DNA of 59,845 nt, the filler included, from Sphacelaria rigidula (taxonomy: Eukaryota), in the NCBI GenBank assembly GCA_964200075.2. It is 5 parts of 5 records of this genome, joined end to end, with 100 filler letters (N's around TTAATTAATTAA, not from the genome) between each part and the next. Parts side by side here need not be neighbours in the genome. Positions count along the whole stretch, not along the records: positions 47,958 to 59,845 come from CAXNAA020004374.1; 4 more parts are not named here. One strand, written 5' to 3'. The position numbers and the translations under genes were made by a program. The stretch's first letter is position 1, and every line of letters starts with the position of its first letter. The notes beneath the pieces are model-generated. The model saw only the letters and a program-made list of their open reading frames with translations. It was not told the origin of the DNA and made no database searches. Positions 48,234 through 59,845 of the stretch are shown here, piece after piece.

Positions 48234-51200
48234 GCGCAGACGTTCGACCACATTCGCAGCGGCAAGGATCTCATCGGCCGCGCCCGCACGGGCATGGGCA
48301 AGACCCTGGCTTTCGCGATCCCAGTCATCGAAAAGCTCCTCAGCGCTAAGACCGCTCTCAAGCCTGGCCGACATCCCAGGGTGTTGGTCATGGCCCCCAC
48401 GAGAGAACTGGCTAAGCAGGTGCGTGCTTGTGTTTGTGTGTGTTTGTGTGTTATCATTTATCTTTCCTTGTTGATCTATATGCCGTGGCGTGGCCTCTCT
48501 CTTCCGTATGCATTCCTGTACCCTTCGACCCTCTGACAAGCCACTGGGGGAGGGAACCGAAAGAAATGTTCGTACGCAATGGTTGATGGGAAACATGATG
48601 GAATGTTACAAACTGACACTAACCTTAACCCCGACCCAAGGCGCACGAGACCCTCGAGCAAGGAGGGTGCATAGATTTCCCTAGGCAAAGTGTGCGTTGG
48701 CAGACGTCAAATCGTTGCCGCAGGCGCCGATTTCGACAAAAACACGGTTTGGGACGAGCTTGGTCCACTGCTTACCTGCCCCAAACCATGAATTTTCTCA
48801 GGATGTTTCCCAGTCTAGAATCAAGTAGTCATCCCTGCCAACCAGTGTGTACGAGCATCTCTTCAGGTCTACTGCACTGGGGAACCGTTTCGTGGCCCGA
48901 AAAAACACTGTCATGTGTACGTACATAAATCCCTGCTCTGCTGCTGCAGTACAGATCCGCAAGTACACGTCGCAGTCAACGTTCAAGAGAGTCATTATGG
49001 ATTTTTATGGTTCGTTTGACTTGTTTATTTTTTCGATTGTCGCCTTTTTTTTTTCTTCTCTCTTTTCAGCCATTCGCCACAATGCCAGTTTTGCTCCATG
49101 TCCCTGCTGGTGTACAGGTGGTTTCTAGTCGACCATATTCCTTTTTTTAGTTTTTGTTCTCACTTGTAATTCCTCCTCTTCCTCGGGACGATTCTGTGAT
49201 CTCAAGGACCCAGGAGGCGAACCATCTTTTCTTTCCACCACGTGCTGTAACAAAAAGGTTACTCACACCCGTCACGTACCACATGCATCGACAACACTGA
49301 AGCACGTGTTTTCCTCTGATTTTCTCTGCGCATGAACTATAATGTCCAGGCCCGCGGTAAGCCTGAAGAAAAAACTCCCGATTCTTCCGACATATTCTTC
49401 AGTGCAGAATAATCATGGGGCGAATGGATGTAATACTATGCTTTTTTTTTTTTCTTCTCTCGGAGTATGGAACAGTTACGGCGATGCGTATTTTGTCAAT
49501 GACGAAGAAAAATTACTTCCGGCACCCGACACTTGAGTTGCGGTGTTCGCGTTAGTGTTAGCTTTCGCCTTGGCCTTAGCCTTAGCCTTGACCTTCGCGT
49601 AATATAGGGATGTATTTCTGTATATTACCATTGCTGTCGGCGGCTGTTTCCTCAACAGCTCTGTCTTTTTTTTGTAACCCCAGACAACCATGTATATTAT
49701 CCTTCAAGATCTGGAAACAGCAAAGCCGGAGCATTAACCGGTCATTCTCTAGGTCGCCCAACCTTGTTGCCCAAAACTCACCGAAGAACATACGCCTAGC
49801 TCTGAAAGATCTCCGGCCCCGGACGGCAACAGCCGATTTTATCAGGGAAGCAGGAGCTACACCTTCCTTGTCGACGCAAGCTCTGTCCATATAGCTCTGT
49901 TGTAAATCCGTAGCTTTGCAGGTAGCATATTTCGCACGTGATTATATGCGTATTTTTATGGATATGAATTGGTTGTCGCATGTTGACGGATCCCCAAGGG
50001 ATGCAGTCTTGGTCATTATCCACAAGATGAATGAACCCAAGGTTAACAACGGAAACGCTCGCTAAAGAAAAATAAATGCTCAAGACAAAACATAAATATA
50101 CAGCAAGAAAAAAAAAGGAGTGAAGTGAAGAAAAATATGAACGAACGGAACAGAACAAAAAGAGAGCAAAAACAAGCAGGAAGAAAAAAAAAGGGAAGGG
50201 AAGAGAATAGAAGGGGACGGAAAAGAACCAAGAAAAAAAAAAAGAGGAGAGTAAAATTATTGCAAATAATAACGTGATTAACTCGACCGACACTTGTGCG
50301 GCACGTTCTCCCTTCCGTGTGATGGTATCCACATAATGTTATCTATTATGTATTTATCGATCAATTGATTGATTAATTATGATCGACTTTTTTATCCATT
50401 AACGGCTGGTTAGTTCGTGATTGCTGTACAAAAAATGTGGGTCGTGATTTGTTCGGTTTTTTGGTCTTTTACTTTTGTTCGATTAAAAATTTCAATTTTC
50501 CTGTGAACAAACGTGGAATACAATTTTGCTTGTATCATCTCCTTTTTATTGTCTCTCAGGTATCTTCAGATTTCGAGCAAACTGCGCCCTCCCTCAGGAT
50601 TACCTGCATCTACGGGGGTGCACCGTACCGTCCACAGGTCTGTGTTGCCTGTTTTTGTTTTTGATGTCCGGGGCGGCCTATTATTGCTATTATGATTTTT
50701 TTCTTCCTTCAGTGCGGTTGTTTTAGCTCTTGAGGGAAAATCATCCCGCCGCTTTTTATGCATCGATGTTGATAAGATATTGCTTTTCAACGACAAATCA
50801 ACATTGAAACAAGATTGGTTCAATTGAAGATGGAGATAAAAAATGGAGGGGGGGGAGAAAAAAAAGTACCTTTTTCTTTTTCCCTGAAGGCGGCGGGTAC
50901 CGGTAAGTACACATGTTCGATACGCAAAACATAATCATCACTCGATTTAAAAAAAACGCGAAATAAAATAACGTCTGGTTTTGTACTTATACATGCTAGT
51001 TTGTGTTTCGTGTCAGTGATGATGCAAACACAAACACGAAGTCTAGGCAGTGGGTCATGTGCCGACAGAGCTGACCTCCGGGCCCAAGCAAATTCCACAG
51101 CTGCGGAGTCTTACCCTGTCCTGAGAGCCAAAATAACCCCCCCAGCTGCACCGATTCACGCGGAGTGGGACACACTGTCACGGAAAGCACGTTGATGGAG

Positions 51201-54200
51201 ATGAGACACGTGTGAGCAAGTGCCAGATCCGGCGGACTGAAGCTAACGGTCGACGCGGGTTGTGAGCGCTGCACCCTCCCCGCGAGACAAGAGCACAAGG
51301 CAAGTACCGTGACTGATGCGCCCGGAGAAAAATCGGAACAGAAACGAGAACTCTCTCGCACCTGAAAATAAGAAGGCGACATAGATTGAAAAGTTGGGCA
51401 GAAAAAGGAGAGAGATGCGTAAATATGGAGAAGGTTAGAGCCAGTTCGGGTGTCGGAGGAGCTCAAAGCGGCGAAGTATGGCGTCCGTACACCGTGTGTA
51501 ACAATGCCGGAAAGAACGGAGCTGGCCATGCTGAGGTGGTTCTGTAAAAGCGTCAAGCAGAGGGATTTGACGTCATCAGACTGCAGGATAAAAAAAGAGC
51601 GGGTCGCACTGATCTCGTTGCGGCAGGATATCGTGTCTTCTGCTTGTGGGGCGGGAGGGGGCGAGGGAAAGGGCTGGACAATGTGGGGGTCGGGTTGGCG
51701 GTCAAGAGAGTCGATCATCCCTAAGGCGACGTGGACTCATGGCACTCATCAGCGAACATCTCATGTCGATGACTTTCAATCTGCTAGGCAAATCAAATTC
51801 TGCGACGTTGGTAGTTGCCCGTGCCCTTACAGACACATCGAAGTCAAGTGGAGAGAGAAATGAAGAGATGTTCTGGACTGAGTTGGACAGCATTGTGCAC
51901 CGAGTTCCCGGCGAACACCACCTATTGATATTTATGGATGCCAAGGCCGCTGCTTATCCGGAGAAAAGTAGCGATTTTTTTCTAGATTTGACTATTTTCT
52001 ACTGTTCTTCGACAAAAATTCTTGTTGGGCAAAAATGAAAACTGTGGCCACCGGAAAATGGGAAGATGTCATGGAACCGCCTCAACTAGTAGAGCAAGTC
52101 ATTCCAAGGTGTCAAACTGCGCCTAGCTCTCTTTTGGGGCGTAAAACGACGTTAAAGCTCCAGAAAGGCACTTTTCCTGTTTTTTTGTTTTGTTATAAGG
52201 AGCGGCCTAACGCTAGCACTGGGGTACAGACAGGCGAGGAGGAATGTACAGCAGTGGAGGCATACTGCTAGAATTCCCCATCCAACAAGAGTAACGGTAC
52301 CTCTCTGCTAGAACTTGGAGGCAACAGGAGGCTTGCCCTGGTCAGCACGTCTTTTTACACCCCCCCAAGGGCAGCATACCGGGTACGTTCAACGGTATGG
52401 CGAATCACCCCGCGGACAACAAACGCTTTGGCTACATCCTCACACGACAAGATCATCGCAGGCTTACTCGCAACGTCACCGTCCACCTTCAACCACCCAA
52501 CTCGCCGGATTCTGAACACAAGATCGTGTGTGCCTCAGTGCGTCTCCTTGGTCGTGTCGCACATGGCGAATGGCAGTTGGGCGGAAACCGATCGGTGGCA
52601 AGTAATAGTATCTGACACCGGTAGACGTGAACAACCTACCCAACTCATCATCAGCGAGCTCGAACAGGGTACACCTGGTGATACAGTCAGTAGTGCATTG
52701 GCTGCAAACTTTGTCGACTCACTCCTGAGTGCCGCTGAAGAGGTGGTACTCTGCTTGACCCGAAAACCACGTATACTTGGGTGGTTCGAGGATGCTGCTA
52801 CTGTATCCCAACGGAGTTCAAACAGGCCTGGAATGAAGAGGAAAGGGTGAGACTGACGGTGCGACTAGGATCATCGAGAGACAAACCCTCACGGCGCACA
52901 TTGCGAACAGCGTGCAAAAAGGTCAAACAGGCCATCCGCGTTGGGGTGGATAGGTACCTGGATGCGTATTCTAGAGAGTTGGAGGAATATGTTGGAGTTG
53001 GGGGCATGAGAGGGTGGTGTAGATATCTCAAAGGAGGGTGGAGACTGCCGGGACGGGACGGCATGTAGAAAGCGAGGAGTACATCCGAGATGAGAACGGG
53101 AAGACGGTGCGAGGCAACGGCTTTTTCAGTGAAATATGAGAACGGTACTTCTCCACATTACTCAACATAACGGCAACCATCGACCGAGTCATCATGGAGC
53201 ACATTGCGCAAAGACCGACAGCGTTTTCAGTTGAAGACCTGCCAAGCCCAAGTGAAACTGAAGAGGCTCTGAGAGCCATGTCGGAGGGCAACGCGACGGG
53301 CCCGGATGGTCTACGTGCTGAACTCCCGAAGCTTTGGACTGAGCGGGGAGGCTTCGGAGATTCTGCTCCATTTCCACAACATCGTCGCTGCGGCCTGGAC
53401 AACTGGCGAGGTGCCGTAGGAATGGAACGATGTCGCTATCCAAGTGCTACACAAAAAGGATAGAGCCGAGTGTTGTAGCTACGGGGATATTTCACTCGTA
53501 TCACTTACTCCTGCAGTTCTCGTTCATGTCGTAGCCAGTAAATAGGCTCGGTGATTTATTTGAGCCAAAATATATCTTCCCGGAAGAGCGGTGCGGATTT
53601 CGGCGCCAACGATTGATTCACCAACAAGGTGTTCGTAGTCCGCCGACTACAGGAATTGGGACGGGCGAGCAATGTCCCACTTCACCATATGCTTCATCAA
53701 GACCTGCGGAAAGCCGACGATTCCGTAGACCGCACGCCCCTGTGGGAAGTACTTGCCAGGTACGGACTCCGGACGCGAATGATCATGATCATCCCGTATG
53801 TTTCACGACGGCATGCGAGCTCAGGCACGGCTGAATGGTGGCGAACTGTTAGCGTGGTCCCACGTCTGCCAGGGACGCAGACGAGGTTGCGTCTCGTCCC
53901 TACTCTTCCTCAACATCGTCGGCGCAGCCTCGGTCGACGTGATCGTTCAGCGGTTCGCGGCGGACCCAGTCATTGTCTCAGACTTGGTTTTTATAATGGT
54001 GCGCCAAAAGGGGACGATGGTGAACTTCTTGGAGAGACGCCGCTGGAGAAAAAAAGTACGACGCGCAGCGTGGACAACGCGTTGTGCGGATGACGCTGGC
54101 ATAGTCTCGAGGACCCCAAACGGCCTGCCTTGCTGGAATGATGGCTGTGGTAGTGGTGACTTGCCAGGAGTTCGGACTGATGGTATCAGAGTGCAAGACA

Positions 54201-57184
54201 TGATCCATGCGCCTGTAGTCAGTATCCAGCTCAACAGAGGCCGCCCTGCACATCAGCGCGGCCTGTCAACAAGTTAAGCAGACAGCGAAGTTCGTCCACC
54301 TCAGTAGTGCTGCCCGCGCAGATGCGAAAGTGTCCATCAAAATCGACCGCCGCATCAGCGCTGCGCGGGCACGTCTCCGAAAGCATGGACCCCAACTCTG
54401 CGAGAGCGATCCAACGCCCAGTTATCCTTGAAAGTCCGGCTCCTAAACGCGGAGGTTTTGGAAGCTCTGTGGTTCGGATGTGCCACATGGAAGTGACGGT
54501 TCTTAGGACTTCGACAGTGTTCGCGCTGCCCATCACAAGCTTTTGCTGCGAGTGGTTGGATTCCGCAGGACAGACGGAACGGGCTACAAGACTCTTTCGT
54601 GAAGAGCTGTGCTCGAGGTGACCAACTGCGCACGTATCGAGACGATTATCCACAAGCGTCAACTCTGATTTGGAGGAGTCCTTCTCCGGCAGGGCGAACC
54701 ACGCCTTCCCAAATGCATCATGGCGGTTAGCCGCACAAGGGCCCGCCGAGGCTGTCCCCCCCCCCAAAAAAAAAAAAAGCACTAGGGAGACAACGTCCCG
54801 GAGAAGCTACGTGCACCAGAGGCTCGCTCTTCGACGCAAAGGAGCGCGACGGAAATGGTTCGTTTACGTTGTAGAGATTAACGGCGCACATGATTGATCC
54901 ACTACGGCGAAGAACATGGACAAATGGCACCTTGGGGTCGAGAAAGGGGCGGAAAAGTTGGAGGACACGTGGCGACGCGAACATAAAAGAGACTCGGACC
55001 TCCGCCACGAACGAGAGGCTGCTGCGTTCAGAACCGCCGATCGGAGAACTGCCCACGCTGTCGCTGACACAAGAACAGCAACAGGTCGACAGGGATCCAA
55101 GATGGAAGTAACCGAGAGGATGGCCCGCTTTGTACCCGACTAGGGATGAATGCGAGAAATTGGGCCAACACCGGAAATGATGTAGGACCACTATTTTTCC
55201 TGTTGATTGTTGATTTTGTCCTTGGTGGGTGGTTCTGCGGTGCTCCCGGGTGTGTGTGTTGGTGTGTGTTTGTACCTGCTCTACTGTACTGTCCTTTGGG
55301 TTCGGTCACTTGCGTAGTCTCCTTCTCTGTTCTCTCTTTTATGTGTGTCCTTTCCCCCATCTAATTTCTATGTGTCTCCTCTCCTCCCGGTGTATCCAAG
55401 TAGCAGCGTGGTCCCTTGCTTTCCCGAAAGGTTCATGAAGGAGCTTCGTACCCAAAATAGTGAAGCCGGAATAGATTTTCGTTTCTGATCATGAGCTGGA
55501 GTGTTGCAGTCAGCTACGTAATGCAAGATAATAGTCCTGTGTTAGTTGTGTCAGTTGTTGCTGTTGTTTCTGTTGTTGTCGCTGCTCTCGTTCTTCTTCC
55601 CTTTCTGTAGCTGTTGCTTCTGTCGTTTTCTGTTTATTTCCTTCTTTCTTTCTTATTATGTTCTGTTTTTCGCTGCTCCTGACCACGGGCTGGATTGTTG
55701 CAATCAGCCGGCGTGAGATAATCAATCAGATGAGCCGCAATCTGTTGCCACAACTTCTTGTTTTTCACGGTTGGGAGTATGAGTGTTATGTGCGCAAGAC
55801 AATTTCCACCGAAGCCATGTCTGCAGACGGCGGCCATTTTTTTTTCTCTTGTTTTTCTTAGTCCATCCTGTTTGTTCGACCTTTCGGTTTCCTCCATTTT
55901 ATCCTTCAGCAAGCGCTTCCAATATGTTTCATCTTAGATACGCCCATCATGTGACCGCGGCTGGATCCCTGGGGGAATCAGTGGAGGTGCGACAATCAAT
56001 AAATCAACTAAAATGATATATTATTGCTACAGTGGGGTGCATCTGCATATCAGACAAGCACTTCATCGATATTTTTTTTCGCGGGATCTTTTAATTTAGG
56101 CATTTACTCGCGAGTGCTTGAATCGATGAGGCATCGACAAAGTTAAACGGGCCTTTGTGAAAAAAAATCCTCAATTTCGTGTTGTTGTGGCAAAACGAGG
56201 TGAAAACCCGCTTTTATTGAGTGGAGGAATTCACTGAAGAAAACACTGGTCCAAAAACACGATTTTTCGGCTGTAGCGCAATAGTTAGCTCGAAATGAAG
56301 ACAAAAACGATGTTATACCATAGCTAACCAGAACGATCGGGATTGATTTGATCGAGCGAACACACCAAAGAGTCATAACCTGGGACCGCGTGGTCGCAGG
56401 ACCGTTGATGATCGGTCAGCCCGAGCGTAGATAATCATTTGAATTTCGGGAATTGGTGGCAGGTATCAAAATGTTTTCCGATCCCCAAATTTTGGGAGTG
56501 AAACGTTGACTGTGATGAGTCGTGGTAGACCCAGTAAACCTAGACATCGCCTATAACCAAGATTTCCAAGGTTGTGTTCTGTAGGGTACGTGTATGTTCG
56601 GTAGAGTATGGGATTTCTTTTGGAGATGACAGGACTGTCGGGTACCGACCAGTATGGAATTTTTCCCAAAAGACCCTTACCCGCAGCCGGGTATATCTAC
56701 AAGATGATATATCCATACCCCGGTGCCGCTACGGGGGGTTCACAGAACTAATGGAGCTGTCGGGTACGGGTATGGAAGTCTTGCAGAACTGACAGAACCT
56801 GTTGGGTGCGGGTAATACCCGGGTATACGAAAAATCTCACTCTACAGACGACAGCACCGAAATTGTCCTTGTTTCAAAGATGCACCCTTTTATCAGTGAG
56901 CTTGTATCCTGGGCCCCAGTCCAGCGATACCAACGCCTCCTTCATAATACTGTTCTTGAATTTTAAAATTCGCTTGTAAATACACCAAAAATGGATGGTT
57001 TGGAGCGCTCACAGGGCATTCTGTTATACACCCTGCCAGGACGCATTGCTTTTGGTAAGTTGGGGTTCCGAGGGTCAGAGGTAACTGACCTGCCATAAGT
57101 AGCTATTTTCCATTTTACATGCAAGACGACGAAAGTACCCTCAGATGGTAACGCATCTGTTCATTTTGTTTGATGTAACGCGCA

Positions 57185-57259
<75 letters not shown>

Positions 57260-59486
57260 TTTTCTGTTAAATCTCCGTAAATATTGATCATATATAGTTG
57301 ACTGTCCTAAGGCCGCTTCTCATGACAAACAACAGCGATACCCTGGAGAACTGTCTTTTGGGTCCTCCTGCGTCGTTCTACGCCCTAGAAGGTGGCCAGG
57401 ACAGATGGTGACACCTTGGAATGCGTCGAAATACTCGTTGAGACGGTTTCAGGACACCTTCGCGTTTTCCGGTGGCCGCAGTTGTTGTTGTCTGCCAAAC
57501 TTACATAACTGCGAGGTCGCTTTTTCACTGAAGGCAAAGCGCAGCGCCGCCGAGGCCTGTGAAGCTACCATCGCCACCGCACACCCCTGTCACTTCCGCC
57601 GAAGCTCGTGCAACCGCTCGTGTAGGTGCTATCGAAGCGCGCGCCGAGACTGCCGCCGTCGAGACCGCGTCGGAAATCCCCAATCTAACTTCTCGGATTG
57701 CAGAGCAGCAGCACAGGGACGACGTACCATGAGCACGTTGTCCCTGTGCTGCCGCTCGGTAAGCTGAGAAATTAGATCGGAGGTTTCCGACGTGGCTTTA
57801 ATGCTGACAGCCTCAGCGCGGGCTTCGATGGCACCTGTACGAGCGGTTGCACGAGAGCTTCGGTGGAAGTGACAGGGGCCTGCGGTGGCGATGGAAGCTT
57901 CGCAGGCCTCGGTGGCGCTATGCTTGCGTTCCGTGAAAAGCGACGAGTGATGCTACGATAGGGGTGCACAAATATTTTCTGAGGTTAAGAATTGTTAGGA
58001 GCCCTTGATCTCATGCAAAACATCATTTATGAAAAAAATGCGAAAGTACACGCCAGGATTACTACTTGAATGTGCTGGGGATATTCCGAATGGATTTGCA
58101 AACGGGGATGCCCTGACCCGTATTCTTGTGTATCTAGAATCGTTATAATAGTAGCGTCTGCACTAGACAAGATTTCGCGAAAAATGTGCACCCCTTCTGT
58201 AGCATTGGTCCGACCTCGTAGTTCAAGATCGACCGCTTGTCCAAGAAAGTGCAAGTCTGGTGAGGAGAAAAAGAAGTGCAGCCACCGGAAAACGCAAAGA
58301 TAGTAAGGCGTTTCAAGGTGTAAGCATCTGCCCCAGAGCTGTTTTAGGACGTGTAACGAACGACGTAGAAAGACGAAGAAGGCAGGTTTCAAGGAATTTG
58401 TTTCTGTTTTGCCGAAACAAGCGGGCTTACTTACACCAACGAATTTATTTTGAAAGAGATTCTTGAGGAGTTGCGGGGGAGAAATCCTGACATCGTTCGC
58501 TCTGTCTTTTGTACTTTTTTTTTTCTGTTGTCATAGTTCTATCAATAGTCTGAATATCTGACTAACGTCTGAAATCTTGTGAAATTCTCTCATTTTTTCT
58601 TTTTTTTCTTTCAGCTTTCCTTTTTATTGTTCCATATTTTTTGGTTTTTGAACACAACCGTGTACATGTATGTATGTGTAGGAGGATGCTTTAAGGCGGG
58701 GCCTAGACGTCGTGGTTGGCACGCCCGGCAGACTGCTCGACCACGTGGGCAGGGGCACCCTGCAGTTAGGAGACGCGGAGTTCATCATCCTCGACGAGGC
58801 GGATCAGATGCTGGACATGGGCTTCAAGGAAGAAATGGAAAAGGTGAGACCAGGAGAGGAAAAAGCAGGCAATGCAGTATTTTTTTCGGCACAAATCGTG
58901 TCCGGTGCCGTACACTGTATTTCAGTCGTGGCCGGTTGTTGTTTTCGATTGTAGAAAATATACAGGCTTTTTTCAATATATATTACCATGGGTTCGATAG
59001 ATCGGACTAATACGGCGAGAATAATGATATTACATAATACATGATACATGATACATACAGCCGTAGTCCCCAGCGTGCTCCATCTCGGCTTTGTAGGGAT
59101 GCGAGGTCAATGATCATATGACACTGGCACGCATGATCATGAGTACACCCCCCCCACCCGCGTCGATATCTCCCTCTTCTTGGAGAGGATAACGCCGAAT
59201 GTGGAGTAGTAGTACTCGTGATACTGGTATCTCCTTCTTCTCCTCCTTCTTGTCATTTCCGCACAATATGCCGATCTCTTCAAGCCATGGTCACATACGT
59301 AGGCTCGCCATTCTTGAGGAAGTGAAAACGTCTCTTATCTTTGCCTTTTTTTTGTTGGCTCGGTTTTCTAAATTTGTCTCTCGTTTTGTTTGTTATCGTC
59401 AGGTATTTCAAGCTTGCGGGGAAGAGGGGGAGCAAGGACGACAGATGCTGCTCTTCAGCGCAACGATGCCGCCTTGGGTGAATAAG
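48234..59486 (+). CDS. DEAD-box RNA helicase, DDX21/DDX50/RH7-like, internal exons only: 48234-48419, 50560-50637, 58682-58843, 59403-59486
   Basis: [27 protein letters not shown] (motif I)...APTRELAKQ (Ia) | ...[11 protein letters not shown] | ...[11 protein letters not shown]...[13 protein letters not shown] (II) | ...[14 protein letters not shown] (III). All four exons are phase 0 and GT-AG bounded. Both ends of the gene lie outside the contig. Confidence 0.92.
51400..55515 (+). mobile_element. Decayed LINE (APE endonuclease + reverse transcriptase, RTE-like) in the helicase intron
   Basis: Endonuclease remnants (FWTELDSIV...LLIFMDA/NASTG) and RT remnants ([62 protein letters not shown]), with many frameshifts and stops. 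Boundaries are approximate; a simple-repeat tract follows 55530. Confidence 0.85.
51945..52207. mobile_element. Internally deleted Harbinger-like MITE inserted in the LINE endonuclease
   Basis: CAA|GGCCGCT...AGCGGCC|TAA. Removing it plus one flank restores ATG GAT GCN AAC GCT (MDANA). Confidence 0.8.
56540..56830. repeat. GGGTAC-rich dispersed repeat
   Basis: Repeated GGGTAC(G/C) and ACAGAACT motifs, e.g. CGGGTACGGGTATGGAAGTCTTGCAGAACTGACAGAAC. Confidence 0.5.
57187..57258. repeat. (CA)n microsatellite
   Basis: Directly visible, ~36 units. Confidence 0.95.
57311..58426. mobile_element. Long Harbinger-like non-autonomous element containing an internal ~430-bp foldback
   Basis: TAA|GGCCGCTT...AAGCGGGC|TTA. 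CTTCGCGTTTTCCGGTGG (~57460) is mirrored by CCACCGGAAAACGCAAAG (~58282). Confidence 0.6.
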
Positions 59487-59845
59487 GTGGGAATGGGAGA
59501 AATGATGCATGTCCATCCCATTTGTTGTGTATGTCATCTCCCCGTGGGGGGGGGGGGGGCATACTCACTTGTTGCTTGCCTTGTAGTGTGGTTTTTGCGC
59601 AAGAGCTTTTCCAACGAAGCCATGTGGCAAAGACCGGCCATTTATAGTTTCTTCTTTATCTTTGTTTTTTTTCACTTTTTCATAGTCTACTCTACTCAAC
59701 ATATTTGTTCTACCTTTTCTGTCGTCGTCACTTTTCTTGAGCAAGTGTTTCAATTTTGTTTTGTCTCGGATACGCCCATCATGGGGGGGGGGGGGGGGGG
59801 CGGGGCGTACTCATTTGTTGCTTGCCTTAGTCATTTGACCATTGA

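Noticed and set aside
36022-59486. GSK3 and the DEAD-box helicase as a head-to-head pair sharing a promoter
   Set aside because: They lie on different contigs separated by an artificial spacer.

Overview
Eukaryotic, intron-rich, repeat-rich DNA, most consistent with a brown alga or related stramenopile (inferred from gene structure and repeat content). The window is not contiguous. It is five unrelated ~11.9-kb contigs (11890, 11890, 11889, 11888, 11888 bp) joined by 100-bp N/TTAATTAATTAA/N spacers. Contig 1 holds the 3' exons of a CIA30-domain/NAD(P)-binding Rossmann protein. Contig 2 holds a decayed Ty3/Gypsy LTR retrotransposon abutting a second partial copy of the same family; its integrase ends in a chromodomain followed by an extra PWWP/Tudor-like segment. 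Contig 3 holds a complete 11-exon S8 subtilase (~1018 aa) whose catalytic Asp lies on a 13-nt microexon, with one GC-AG intron. Contig 4 holds the 3' seven exons of a GSK3/shaggy kinase (minus strand). Contig 5 holds four internal exons of a DDX21/RH7-like DEAD-box helicase, with a decayed LINE in an 8-kb intron. Introns carry tRNA-derived SINEs, Harbinger-like and Stowaway-like MITEs, and retroelement 3' ends that finish in poly(C). All calls come from reading the sequence by eye; no database searches were run.
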